DNA of 64,000 bases from the IMG/VR virus record IMGVR_UViG_3300001681_000071, positions 15,173 through 79,172 of that record, one strand, 5' to 3'. A program made the translations under genes and the position numbers. The DNA is from a virus. Positions within the stretch are counted from its first letter, which is position 1, and each line of letters starts with the position of its first letter. The notes beneath the pieces were generated by a model. It had not been told where the DNA came from. It ran no database searches and worked only from the letters and a program-made list of their open reading frames with translations. Below are positions 16,369 to 26,027 of this stretch, in pieces.

Positions 16369-18297
16369 CTACTTTGGTATAACGACCCTTGCGTTTCTCT
16401 TACCGGCTGGCGTTAAATTCCAACTATCAGCATAGATACAGGCCAATGGATCAAAAGCCATTACACAGTGAGAGCCAGCCTTTCCAAACTCACTTCTAAC
16501 TTTATCAAGGTATACAACTGTTGATGGTTTAGAGTCTTCGCTTTTTATAGGCAGTCGCTGAACAACAATCCCAACGTGAGCATCTTGTCTAATCGCACTT
16601 GCTCCCTTTAGGTCAGTTATCTTCACCCTGCGTTGCTGACTAACGGACAGATTATTAGGATGGCAAACGAGAACAATCGTTATATTGTCATTGATAGCAA
16701 TAGTAGCCAATCGTCTGACTGTACTTTCTATAGCTAACCTCTCATCCATATTGCTTTCTGGTTTCGTTAAGAACCCAAGGTGATCTATTAAAGCTATCTT
16801 TAGATCGTGTCTGCGAACAGAATATCGGATAGTTGAAATTACCTTCTCAACATCGAGTTCTCCATAGTGGTCTAAAATCATAATGGGCAACTTGCCAAGT
16901 TCTTCACACGCAATACGCCTTTGTGCCTCGGAATGTCTTGTGAAGTCATTGCCTAATTGATGGCGCAATAATTTCTGCACTGTTCCTATTGGCCTTTGTT
17001 CAAACGATGTAAGCAGAACCGGAACACCACGTAATGCCTGTTCCCACATCAACCATGTAGCCCATGTGGTTTTACCGTGTCCAGTATCCCCCGTAACCAC
17101 CCATAAGCCGGGTCTGATACCTCCAAATATGGCATCCAACTTTTGACTTCCCATAGGCAAACCAGCAAGACTCTGTGGATTTTTTATGAGTTCTTCTATG
17201 TCATCGCTATAGCTATCAACATTGCGAAGTGTTGCCTCAAAGTAATCCTCATAGTTCGATAATATGTCTCCTATTGTGGATGCTTTTGCCTTTTGTTGTA
17301 ATGCTTCGCCAGGGTCATTATACTGCTTACTTCTTATGCGGAAACAACGAAATTTCCCAAGTTTAGAGGCCAATTTCTCAGACCCTTCATCACCTGCTTT
17401 ATCGTTGTCATACCAGAGATAGAACCCCTGATAAGGCTCCATAGAATCGAGCCATTGGGTACACCAGTTTGCGCTCGCTCCAGTTGTGCCAGAAACCACT
17501 GTAGAACCGTATCCATACGTCCTAAGAGCCAATACATCAAGTTCTCCTTCTGTCACTATTACAAACTTACTTTTATCTTCCGATAACTGATCGAAGCCGT
17601 ATAAAGGCATTGGCCTTGAAGGACAGACTCTATAGGTTTTCATATCTGGAGGTACAGACCTAAACCTCATGTTAACTATCTTCCCAAATCGGTCCTTCAA
17701 CGGTATAACGAGCCAATTCTTTCCCCTTGACTTCATATATCCTAAATTAGCATCACGAATAACGCTTTCACTTATACGCCTAGTCTCTATTAGATAGTCA
17801 AGTACAGGTTTTCCTTCATTGCTAAATAAGTTACCAGCATAAATATCTGGCAATTTTTCATCCCAGCGAAAGATGCTTGAACCTGACGGGTCGGGTGGAG
17901 ATGTAAACTCTTTTCTTACCGTATTATCAAGCAAACCGTCTATCGTTACAATCTTCTCTTTTGCCTTTTCTAAAGAAAATCCATTCTCTAGCGCCCAATT
18001 TAGTACCTTTTTCTTCTGACCTGGCCCAGAAGACCTGTATAGGTTTCCAACAACCTTACACGACACTAAGTCCGTCATGCTTCCGTGTGATTTACAAACA
18101 TGACAACACCAGCCACTACCATTGGACGTTACTCCAATTGGGAATCTGCCATCCTCACTTCCTCTTTTCATTGCACGACATTTTGGGCATGGACCCCAAC
18201 TTCCGGCCTTTCCTGATTTTAGGCCAATTTTAGGCCCAATCTTAACTATACCAGCCTTGTTCATAATCTCAAACGCAGTCATCATTAGCCTCAACAA
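16369..18297 (-). CDS. DNA primase-helicase (T7 gp4/Twinkle-like)
   Basis: N-terminal CPKC..CHVC zinc finger; TOPRIM VTEGELD, YDNDKAG; SF4 helicase GDTGHGKTT, LIDHL, LVCHP, LKGASAIRQDA. Confidence 0.92.
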   Translation of the reverse strand: MLRLMMTAFEIMNKAGIVKIGPKIGLKSGKAGSWGPCPKCRAMKRGSEDGRFPIGVTSNGSGWCCHVCKSHGSMTDLVSCKVVGNLYRSSGPGQKKKVLNWALENGFSLEKAKEKIVTIDGLLDNTVRKEFTSPPDPSGSSIFRWDEKLPDIYAGNLFSNEGKPVLDYLIETRRISESVIRDANLGYMKSRGKNWLVIPLKDRFGKIVNMRFRSVPPDMKTYRVCPSRPMPLYGFDQLSEDKSKFVIVTEGELDVLALRTYGYGSTVVSGTTGASANWCTQWLDSMEPYQGFYLWYDNDKAGDEGSEKLASKLGKFRCFRIRSKQYNDPGEALQQKAKASTIGDILSNYEDYFEATLRNVDSYSDDIEELIKNPQSLAGLPMGSQKLDAIFGGIRPGLWVVTGDTGHGKTTWATWLMWEQALRGVPVLLTSFEQRPIGTVQKLLRHQLGNDFTRHSEAQRRIACEELGKLPIMILDHYGELDVEKVISTIRYSVRRHDLKIALIDHLGFLTKPESNMDERLAIESTVRRLATIAINDNITIVLVCHPNNLSVSQQRRVKITDLKGASAIRQDAHVGIVVQRLPIKSEDSKPSTVVYLDKVRSEFGKAGSHCVMAFDPLACIYADSWNLTPAGKRNARVVIPK

Positions 18298-18643
18298 TCA
18301 TATAAGGTATATATACTTCGCTTATTTCCGAAGCCTTATTATGTTTCTGCCAATTCACTGCTCTGTCATATTTGTCATCGAACTTCCGTTCTCTAAACAA
18401 ATTGTCTAACGTTGTATACGACACCCCAGAAGAACCACGCATAAATTGTGAGTAGTTGTCTTCTGACTCAGAGATATACTTTATAACTAATAGAACCCTA
18501 TCCTTTCCGAACTTCTTTACAGCACGAAGTATCTTTTGTTCTATTTTTGCGGTCATTCTCAATGATGGGTCATACCCACATTTTTTTCTTAATGACTTCC
18601 ATTGATTGAAAATTTCTCTAACTTGCCTCGTTAAGTTCTCCAC
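18269..18643 (-). CDS. hypothetical replication-module protein
   Basis: EIFNQW..TLDNLFRERKFDDKY resembles phage replication-initiator C-terminal domains. Confidence 0.5.
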   Translation of the reverse strand: MENLTRQVREIFNQWKSLRKKCGYDPSLRMTAKIEQKILRAVKKFGKDRVLLVIKYISESEDNYSQFMRGSSGVSYTTLDNLFRERKFDDKYDRAVNWQKHNKASEISEVYIPYMIVEANDDCV

Positions 18644-19316
18644 TTAGTAACTCCGGTTCTGGTTTATATGGTTGTTGTTCGTCTGTTTCTTCTCTTTTAG
18701 ACCACAAAGCAACGCCAGCAGCGTCAGAGATATGGTCCTGTCTTCCTTGTTGGTATAGGGCTATGCCAAGATGCGGCAATAGTTTAGGCATTATTTCAAG
18801 AGATAATCTTTTAGCCTCTTCCCGTTTTATTCTTCTATTGACTCCAAGAACATCTTTTCTCCAAGTCATTACAGGAACAAATCTTACATCAACATCATGG
18901 TAAAGTTCTATTCCTCCAAGCAAAGCACCTGTGAATCTAGCCAAGTGAAGAGCAGTTCTTCCTGATCCGGCACGGATATATATATCTTCACAAGCGAGTT
19001 TGAATGGAGTTTTTTCTAGCTCTGGCAAGTGTGCAATTACAGACCCTATTTTTGAAGGGCGATCTACTATAATCAATTGTTCTGTTCGCTTTATCATTCT
19101 TACGATTGACACTTTCCAAACACGTTTCTTTTTTCTTACTCTCTTATTCCACAGAACGGATATAGCGGCAGTGCCGTTGATTAGCACCACCGCTGATCCG
19201 TTATTAGCGGGGTCTATGCCTATATAAATTTCATTAGAATGGCAATTCTTCCCAAGACTCATTTGTTTCTTCCCCACCGATATTTTTATCATCGTGTGGT
19301 TGGACTTGCTCATCAA
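18618..19316 (-). CDS. RuvC-like Holliday junction resolvase
   Basis: YIGIDP, LACED, PVMTWRK, DHISDAAG. Confidence 0.8.
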   Translation of the reverse strand: MMSKSNHTMIKISVGKKQMSLGKNCHSNEIYIGIDPANNGSAVVLINGTAAISVLWNKRVRKKKRVWKVSIVRMIKRTEQLIIVDRPSKIGSVIAHLPELEKTPFKLACEDIYIRAGSGRTALHLARFTGALLGGIELYHDVDVRFVPVMTWRKDVLGVNRRIKREEAKRLSLEIMPKLLPHLGIALYQQGRQDHISDAAGVALWSKREETDEQQPYKPEPELLSGELNEAS

Positions 19317-19839
19317 ATGAATTTAAGAACTTGATTTTGTGATAAATATCGCCATATTCAATTCTTTTATCAATCATCTTCTGGATGCTAACTACAGCCT
19401 TAGCTATCACTTCCTTTTGTTGGTCTGTGACTTTTGATGACCGTGCAACATTGTAATATTTAATGTTCAGATATGTTTTTTCGTTGTAAGTTCTTTCGGC
19501 AAATGTGCCTTTGAAAACCTTTCCTTCGCGAACGATAGAAATAATATCTTCCATCCTCTCTGGATCAAACGGTATCTCACATCCCATTGCAGCCGCAAAC
19601 TTTCCAATTTTCCAGGTAGCATTTTCAGTAAGGTAGAATTTATCAGAATGGATTATACCCACATCGTTACTGTCCTCTAAATCCTCAACGACAACATAAG
19701 TTATCTCCAACACGTTCTTCTCAAAGGACTCCTTAAACCCAATCGCTATTGGGGATAGGATTTTACGCCCTTCGTGTATAATTCGTTTGATTTGCTCATT
19801 ATCGCCATCTGTTTTCCAATCATTCGGATTGACTTTCAT
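19234..19839 (-). CDS. putative single-stranded DNA-binding protein
   Basis: beta-rich core, acidic tail ending WEELPF, downstream of the Sak4-like ATPase. Confidence 0.65.
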   Translation of the reverse strand: MKVNPNDWKTDGDNEQIKRIIHEGRKILSPIAIGFKESFEKNVLEITYVVVEDLEDSNDVGIIHSDKFYLTENATWKIGKFAAAMGCEIPFDPERMEDIISIVREGKVFKGTFAERTYNEKTYLNIKYYNVARSSKVTDQQKEVIAKAVVSIQKMIDKRIEYGDIYHKIKFLNSFDEQVQPHDDKNIGGEETNESWEELPF

Positions 19840-20659
19840 TTTCTTTCTCCACGGTTTCGGTTTCTATATTTATACTGGTTATTACTCTATCTATTATCTC
19901 TTCCATGTTGGGATTGGTTATTACTGACTCCAATCCGAAACAAGGCTTACACATATAATTCTCAGGCCCATCGAACATTAACTTTCTAATTGCTACGTCT
20001 TCTGGGTTCTTAGCTCTTGTTCTATATAGGAATCCAACAGCCGAGAAGAATTGCATAACTTCGTTGCCTGTTTTCTTTCCTTCAAACATTGGTCCGACAT
20101 ATCTAACATCATCACCACCAGTGGTAACTTCAGATAGGCACGTACAGACAACATGGGCTGGAACATCACGTATCCATCGAATTAGTCTTCTCATTCTGTC
20201 AGCTAATCTGCCCCAATCTTGAATTCTAAACTCAGGATTGTCTTCGCCTTTGGCTTCAAGAATTTCAGTTTTAATTAAACGCTGTACCTCAGTTAAAGAA
20301 TCAATGACCAAAGTATCGAACATATGCTCTATTCCATCAGAATCTTTTAGACTTCCAGATTGAACTTGCATAAGAATATTGCGTAGATCATTCGCTGTAG
20401 TGCAAGTGATTATTAAAGCGTCCTTATTTGAATGAACAGCACTAACAGCACCGTTCGCCTCAGTTAAGATTATTAAAGGGTTTTTAGAACCCGCAGCAAG
20501 AAATGTCTTACCTGATCCAGAATCGCCTATTACAAGTATCTTTGCTTTGGCTTGCTTATCTCGGAAAGCATTAGCAGCCTTAACTACGATGATAGGTTTT
20601 GTTTCTGGCTTATGGTTTGAATCGTCCTTTGGTCGTTTCTTGTTATTTTTTGGTGGCAT
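19820..20659 (-). CDS. Sak4-like / AAA_24 recombination ATPase
   Basis: GDSGSGKT, LVIDSLTE, QDWG. Confidence 0.85.
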   Translation of the reverse strand: MPPKNNKKRPKDDSNHKPETKPIIVVKAANAFRDKQAKAKILVIGDSGSGKTFLAAGSKNPLIILTEANGAVSAVHSNKDALIITCTTANDLRNILMQVQSGSLKDSDGIEHMFDTLVIDSLTEVQRLIKTEILEAKGEDNPEFRIQDWGRLADRMRRLIRWIRDVPAHVVCTCLSEVTTGGDDVRYVGPMFEGKKTGNEVMQFFSAVGFLYRTRAKNPEDVAIRKLMFDGPENYMCKPCFGLESVITNPNMEEIIDRVITSINIETETVEKENESQSE

Positions 20660-20674
20660 AATGCTCCATTGGTT

Positions 20675-21922
20675 TTATGTTTGGTTGTTGATAACCCACC
20701 TCATAGTGGGAAGCTGTGGATACTGTATGACCTCTAAAGGAGTGTTAGCAATGCAATTAGCACCGAATTGGCACTTTCCCCATCTGTCACACAATGGATG
20801 ACGTAAAGAAGCAAAATCAAACTGTCTTTTTGAATGTGGATTTATCCTGACTAGTTCATTCCGCTTTTCTGATAGCTTTTTTGCTACCGCGTAGTCTTCA
20901 ACTGTAGTTCTTTCTATGTCTTCTTCCGTTATCCATCCGTATTCTATTCCAAAGTAATCGCTGTCCTTCTGTTCTTTACATTCACGGTAGTGTTCTTCAT
21001 AGTCAGAAAAATCAAGATCATTTTCTATTACCGCTTTCTTGAATTGCCAAGAAGGACCAAGCCTTGCTGTACTAAGCTTTCCAGACTTTAGCGGTTTTGG
21101 TGGGTTCGGTATTTTTGAACTACATATATCCCACAAGTATCCAGCAACCCGCTCGCATTTTAAAGAGCTAAAACAACCATGCTCCAGTTCATACTGTAAT
21201 AAGCGACAATATGATGGAAGTTGTAAATCGTAAGAGAGCTTGTTCCTGTATGTCGAAAGAGAAGAGGTTGTTTTGTGGTCAATTATCCATAAATAGCCGT
21301 TGTCATTATCCATAAGAATAGCGTCAGCTTTCCCTATTTTATACCACGGCATTTGCATCTCAAAAGAATCGTGAATTTCCCCTACTTTTGCCAACCTATA
21401 TTGTTTTACACCCTTGATTTCTTCTTCTATAAATCTCTCGTTGCTTACAAAATGGTCGCCTTGTAAATCAAAAACAGGTGCAATTAATTCTTGTTCGATG
21501 GCTATAAGTGTATATTTACCAGATATATGCTTGTTCCAACTTGCAACCCAACCCTCGGTGGAGTTTGCCATTCGTTGTTGAATCTCTTGGTGGAAATCTT
21601 CGTATTCATAGTCATTCAAATCATACTTACTGAGTTCGTCAGAGATGAATTTCATATGAACACCACAGTCCATCTCTTTTTTTACCCTGTCAAACTGTAA
21701 ATTTGAACCAAATCTAAAGAGTAGATATTCAAGCCAGGAGTGCCAAATTATTCCATAAGCCCGTGGTTTGGACATACCTTTAGTATTGAATTCTTGAACG
21801 TATTTATATGTCCATAGTCGGTTACACCCAAACACGGACCTTTCCGTCTGACTAAAGACCATAGCTTGGCCCAATTGTGAGACTCGTTCACTTTTTTCGT
21901 ACCGATTTACTATTAATTTCAA
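20675..21922 (-). CDS. PD-(D/E)XK exonuclease (RecB/Cas4-like)
   Basis: GIIWH, IEQEL, GKADAI, IIDHKT, QLPSY, terminal CDRWGKCQF..C. Confidence 0.85.
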   Translation of the reverse strand: MKLIVNRYEKSERVSQLGQAMVFSQTERSVFGCNRLWTYKYVQEFNTKGMSKPRAYGIIWHSWLEYLLFRFGSNLQFDRVKKEMDCGVHMKFISDELSKYDLNDYEYEDFHQEIQQRMANSTEGWVASWNKHISGKYTLIAIEQELIAPVFDLQGDHFVSNERFIEEEIKGVKQYRLAKVGEIHDSFEMQMPWYKIGKADAILMDNDNGYLWIIDHKTTSSLSTYRNKLSYDLQLPSYCRLLQYELEHGCFSSLKCERVAGYLWDICSSKIPNPPKPLKSGKLSTARLGPSWQFKKAVIENDLDFSDYEEHYRECKEQKDSDYFGIEYGWITEEDIERTTVEDYAVAKKLSEKRNELVRINPHSKRQFDFASLRHPLCDRWGKCQFGANCIANTPLEVIQYPQLPTMRWVINNQT

Positions 21923-22020
21923 TTGGTTCTCAAGTTATAGAATAATTTTATTACTCAAATCAGGATATTTATTATACAAATAAGATAACAACATTTCGAG
22001 GAAATAGCCACACAAACATC

Positions 22021-22087
22021 ATTAATTTAATTAATTAATTATAACTCTATAACTGAAGAAGGGAGGGGAACCAATCCCTCCCTTCAG
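22021..22087. promoter_or_regulatory. AT-only tract followed by a 10-bp GC-rich inverted repeat
   Basis: attaatttaattaattaattataa then gaagggaggg-N8-ccctcccttc (22058-22085), upstream of the replication operon. Confidence 0.55.
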
Positions 22088-22202
22088 GGGTAAAGTAAAA
22101 ACTTTACACAACCATAAAACCAGTATTATAAGCCAAGCGGCACAATCCTAGGAAGTTGAACGTCTTGGCTGTATTTGGATAGTATCATAATTATTATCAA
22201 AA

Positions 22203-22511
22203 TCAAGAACTTTGTTCGTCTTTTTGGATAAACCCGCTTTTCGCCATTGCTGCCCGTACAAAAGCATCCACGGCAGATTGACCCCCCAAGTACAACGCCT
22301 GTACTGTACCAGCGGCATAAACCATTGCAGATAGAACATTGGCGTCAATACCCTTTCGTATTCCGAACCAAATCAAACCCAACCAGCCGATGTTCCAAAT
22401 CATTGCTGCCAAGAATTTCTTGGAGCCTAAAGGCGTTTTCTTGATCTCATCCAACCATTTATCATTATTTCCGTTTTTCAAAGATTCGCTCACAGTCTTC
22501 ACTCCCTTCAC
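22203..22511 (-). CDS. putative holin-like membrane protein
   Basis: two hydrophobic segments, SKKF motif, basic C-terminus, near the putative endolysin. Confidence 0.5.
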   Translation of the reverse strand: MKGVKTVSESLKNGNNDKWLDEIKKTPLGSKKFLAAMIWNIGWLGLIWFGIRKGIDANVLSAMVYAAGTVQALYLGGQSAVDAFVRAAMAKSGFIQKDEQSS

Positions 22512-22884
22512 ATGCTTTAAGTATCACAACTGAATTCAAAATATTTCCTATAGACTCACACTCTTGACCAGAAGTCTTGCTATCAATGCCTCTTGTGGTC
22601 ATACGGCAAAACATTTCTCTACACAAACCATCTTCGTGTTTGTCTATATATTCCATAGAACAAGGTATTTCCAATAAGTCTATGTTTGTAAGCTGTTTCT
22701 GAACAGCTATTTGTTCCTCGGCTACTTTGTTATCAGGAACTATCACTACAGGTACAATGTCGGGCCTTCTATTCAAGGCCATGAATGTGCCAGCCGTTCC
22801 ACCGCCACCAACAATAGTACCAATCAAAATCCATCCCCACCAAGTCATATTAACCTCTGCTATTTTTTCTAAATCTACTTTCAT
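22465..22884 (-). CDS. membrane-anchored Cys-rich protein (possible lysis accessory)
   Basis: N-terminal TM (WWGWILIGTIVGG), six Cys in the soluble part. Confidence 0.45.
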   Translation of the reverse strand: MKVDLEKIAEVNMTWWGWILIGTIVGGGGTAGTFMALNRRPDIVPVVIVPDNKVAEEQIAVQKQLTNIDLLEIPCSMEYIDKHEDGLCREMFCRMTTRGIDSKTSGQECESIGNILNSVVILKACEGSEDCERIFEKRK

Positions 22885-23432
22885 ACTATATCCAAACTTA
22901 CATCCGAAATGACTTCATCACCCCAACAATCCCAACCATCAACTCTTCTTCTTGCGAACAATTCTATTTTGTTTTGAACAGGGAACATATCCTCTATCCT
23001 TTGACGTACTTCTTCCGGCTTCTGGCTGTGTTTTGTGCGCTTTGAGTATACATACTGCCTTGCGTTCCTTATGCCTCTTGGTTGCGGAATACGCCCCCTT
23101 TTACCCAGCAAACAGAGTTCGCACTGAGACATTGTGTAAAATCCTGGGTTTACTCTTACTTTATCCCACACAAAACCGACTGTAGCCCACTTGAAACCCC
23201 AAGACCTCATAAGGTCTACCGCTTGGTCTAAATGCGGGTTAGTTGTCCACATGAATAGCAAACAATCATCGTCACAGATAGAAGTAACATTAAGACGTTT
23301 AAGGTCTTTGAGCTTTATGGTCGAATAATGAGAGATAGCTCCTCCGGTATCTATCCCACCTTCACCGTTATGTTGTTTTTGTCCTTTGTAATCCCATGGT
23401 GGGTCCACATAAATGACTTGGTACTTTTTCAT
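22881..23432 (-). CDS. MT-A70 family adenine methyltransferase
   Basis: VIYVDPPW, LFMWTT, WGFK, ELCLLG, HSQKP, KIELFAR, GWDCWG. Confidence 0.9.
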   Translation of the reverse strand: MKKYQVIYVDPPWDYKGQKQHNGEGGIDTGGAISHYSTIKLKDLKRLNVTSICDDDCLLFMWTTNPHLDQAVDLMRSWGFKWATVGFVWDKVRVNPGFYTMSQCELCLLGKRGRIPQPRGIRNARQYVYSKRTKHSQKPEEVRQRIEDMFPVQNKIELFARRRVDGWDCWGDEVISDVSLDIV

Positions 23433-24073
23433 TCTTCAATCAATGTATACGAAAAGCTATTTCCATAAAGTGATGCCGAAAGCCTACAGAAAGACATAAA
23501 AACATCAAACTCCTTTGGATGAGCAAATACTTGGCAACCTGCTGACCACTTTTCTACTACGGTAGACTCCCTACGAGAATTGGACCTATGAATGTTTATT
23601 CCGAACCATCCCTCAGATACGCTACTGGCATCCATATCCAACACATTGTCTCTGTTAGAATCCCTATAGACCTTAACCTTCCCATTACGTTGGCATAAAG
23701 CATCATAGCGACCTCTATGTTTGTCTATTTTCCATACCCCGCGATACTGACCAGGAACGAGTATAGCTGTGCCTTCTATTCTGCTTGGGTTTTGTAAATG
23801 ATATAAACCGGGGTCAGTGGTAATTTGGAAGCATATATCTATCCAATTCCCAATCTCATCCTTACAAACAACATGCAAACTATCGTTATAAGTATTTGAT
23901 ATATTGTCCTGAGAGCGAACACCGATGAGGTTTAAATTCCACACCCCTGTTTCAAATACAGTGTGTCCAAGGTCTTTAGATTTTTGAAGAATAGCAGGTA
24001 TAGGCATAGTTTTCTCCGTTTTACAGTAGCCGAAGAAAAGATAATGCAGCCAAGGTCTGTTGTCGATTACCAT
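23429..24073 (-). CDS. putative endolysin with YkuD-like His..SxGC motif
   Basis: NLIGVR, TTDPG, GTAIL, GINIH..WSAGCQV; near holin-like gene. Confidence 0.6.
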   Translation of the reverse strand: MVIDNRPWLHYLFFGYCKTEKTMPIPAILQKSKDLGHTVFETGVWNLNLIGVRSQDNISNTYNDSLHVVCKDEIGNWIDICFQITTDPGLYHLQNPSRIEGTAILVPGQYRGVWKIDKHRGRYDALCQRNGKVKVYRDSNRDNVLDMDASSVSEGWFGINIHRSNSRRESTVVEKWSAGCQVFAHPKEFDVFMSFCRLSASLYGNSFSYTLIEE

Positions 24074-24100
24074 AAACCACCGCCAACTTTAATCACATTT

Positions 24101-24526
24101 CTATTTTCCTATATAAACAATGTCAGGATTTGGGTCAGGTGCATTTTCCCATTTACGGATATTTTTATTGGCCTCAAACTCCCTGATCTCTTTAAGAGTT
24201 GTTGTTCCTCCATTGTCTTCAAAAAACTTTTCCAATTCAAAGGAACTTCCCCTCATAGAAACAAGAAGAACAAAAGAACCGTCTGCTTCAGAATTCATTT
24301 TCTCTACCCATGTTTTCATAAAATTATAGTTAATCCAATTTGTGGCACCATAATCTAATCCGACATGCAGCGTTCGTGGCTCTGAGATAACCATTCCTCC
24401 ATTTGAGCCAATACACTTATAGATTGTAAGATTTACATCGTATAGTACGAATAGCAGTTCTTTATTCTCTAAGAAGTCGAATTCTGCATGAATCGCATTG
24501 CTTAGTTTTATTCGTTTAGCTATCAT
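24101..24526 (-). CDS. hypothetical protein
   Basis: 141-aa ORF in a packed operon. Confidence 0.55.
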   Translation of the reverse strand: MIAKRIKLSNAIHAEFDFLENKELLFVLYDVNLTIYKCIGSNGGMVISEPRTLHVGLDYGATNWINYNFMKTWVEKMNSEADGSFVLLVSMRGSSFELEKFFEDNGGTTTLKEIREFEANKNIRKWENAPDPNPDIVYIGK

Positions 24527-24739
24527 CTATCTCTTCTTCATAGCTATCAAATCTTCTGGATCTTCCCAACTCAGACCAGTAAAGGACCAAAGAACAACTA
24601 TATGATCTCCGTCTATTTTCTCTACTGCGCCTGTCTCTGTTTCTTCTTCGATTTTTAGATAAGCGTCCTCTTTGATCTCCTTTATCCATTCGGCACTTCT
24701 CTTTACTTTTTCTCCTATGAGAATGTCGGCTATCTTCAT
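24527..24739 (-). CDS. hypothetical protein
   Basis: 70 aa, ATGA overlap with upstream gene. Confidence 0.5.
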   Translation of the reverse strand: MKIADILIGEKVKRSAEWIKEIKEDAYLKIEEETETGAVEKIDGDHIVVLWSFTGLSWEDPEDLIAMKKR

Positions 24740-25551
24740 CTGTTATCCCCACTATTCTCAAGCGGCTGAACTGGAACAAAATTGGTATACAGAACATATT
24801 CTTTATAAGAATTCATTAGCTCTTCGTAATCAAAATGGTTTCCACAAACATCTGCGAACGAGATCATAACAGAAGATTGGTCAATCCTTGTAACGTCACC
24901 GTTATAAGTGAATAGATGCTTATAAACTTTGACCTTTCCACTTATAAAGTCCAAACCCAATTCCGTTGGTTTCCATAGCCCTGTCATGCGCTTTTTCCTG
25001 GTTTTATCGCGGTTGGTAACAGCCAATCCCCACCAAGCTAGAGCCGGGTAGTCCCTTGAAGAGAATTCACAGTCTTTGTAGTGAATCCAGCCATCATTAT
25101 CATCAACATGGCCCATTATATTCTCCATATACTTCTTAGTTAATGAGCCGAGAAATTTGGCACTATTGCTGCTTAGTGACCTTCTGTATTCCTTCACATG
25201 TTGGTCACAGCATGGACAAACAGTTCCTTTAATCCTTGTAGTTATCAAGTCACTTCTTGCGGAACGTATAAGCTCACTCCTAAGTTCAAACTCAGATATA
25301 ATTCCTGTCTTATGAAGACCCAGAAAGAACAAGAATTCATCCTCACTGTTTTTGAAAACATGGGGGTTCTTTTCCATTACTTGTGTAAATCGTGCCAACC
25401 ATTGTTTGACTTTCTGCTTTTTAGGTGGCGGAATCTTGGGTGTATAGCCGGGACGATGCCCGATTTGCGCTGATGGCTTGCAAACATCTATAAAAAACAT
25501 GACCTTCCTCACATCATCCGGTGTAAGGAAGCTAAATCTATCGTGGTTCAT
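24736..25551 (-). CDS. hypothetical protein
   Basis: 271 aa, CPCC motif; leader AAAACCAAAGGA. Confidence 0.6.
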   Translation of the reverse strand: MNHDRFSFLTPDDVRKVMFFIDVCKPSAQIGHRPGYTPKIPPPKKQKVKQWLARFTQVMEKNPHVFKNSEDEFLFFLGLHKTGIISEFELRSELIRSARSDLITTRIKGTVCPCCDQHVKEYRRSLSSNSAKFLGSLTKKYMENIMGHVDDNDGWIHYKDCEFSSRDYPALAWWGLAVTNRDKTRKKRMTGLWKPTELGLDFISGKVKVYKHLFTYNGDVTRIDQSSVMISFADVCGNHFDYEELMNSYKEYVLYTNFVPVQPLENSGDNR

Positions 25552-25566
25552 TGTGGTCCTTTGGTT

Positions 25567-25902
25567 TTATTGTTCGTTTTCCCCGTCAAGTATGTCTTGA
25601 AGTGAATCTACTGGAATACACACAACGCCATCGCCATGAATGGCAAGAGCCAGGTCTAACTCATAGCATAGTCTGATAATGGCCCATAACGGGGCAGAGC
25701 GACCTGTCGGGCTATTATTTGCGTAAGCAGCGCAAGCTTGCGGTGTAATCTCTAAAATTTCAGCCAAAGCAGAGGCAGTTCTTCCTGTTTTGAATTGCCA
25801 TCTTTTCCGCAGTTCTCTAAACAAGTCCTTACGGGGCAAATCATTGTTCTTCGTGCCATAATAAGGAGCTTTTTCCTCTTCATTTGTAGCTATCGACGAC
25901 AT
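25567..25902 (-). CDS. helix-turn-helix (XRE-like) regulator
   Basis: TASALAEILEITPQACAAYAN..P..AIIRLCYELD. Confidence 0.65.
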   Translation of the reverse strand: MSSIATNEEEKAPYYGTKNNDLPRKDLFRELRKRWQFKTGRTASALAEILEITPQACAAYANNSPTGRSAPLWAIIRLCYELDLALAIHGDGVVCIPVDSLQDILDGENEQ

Positions 25903-26027
25903 TCTAACTCCTAAAAAAAACTAGACTCGTACAGACATAGTATAGCACATTATTACACGGTCTGTGTTACAAATCAAGCCAATTCAGTAAGATAATTTAC
26001 TTCCGATAGAATATATTTGGCGACAAT

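Noticed and set aside
20675-21922. Cas4-like nuclease as evidence of a CRISPR system
   Set aside because: No repeat-spacer array or other cas genes; it sits in a standard exonuclease-Sak4-SSB recombination module.
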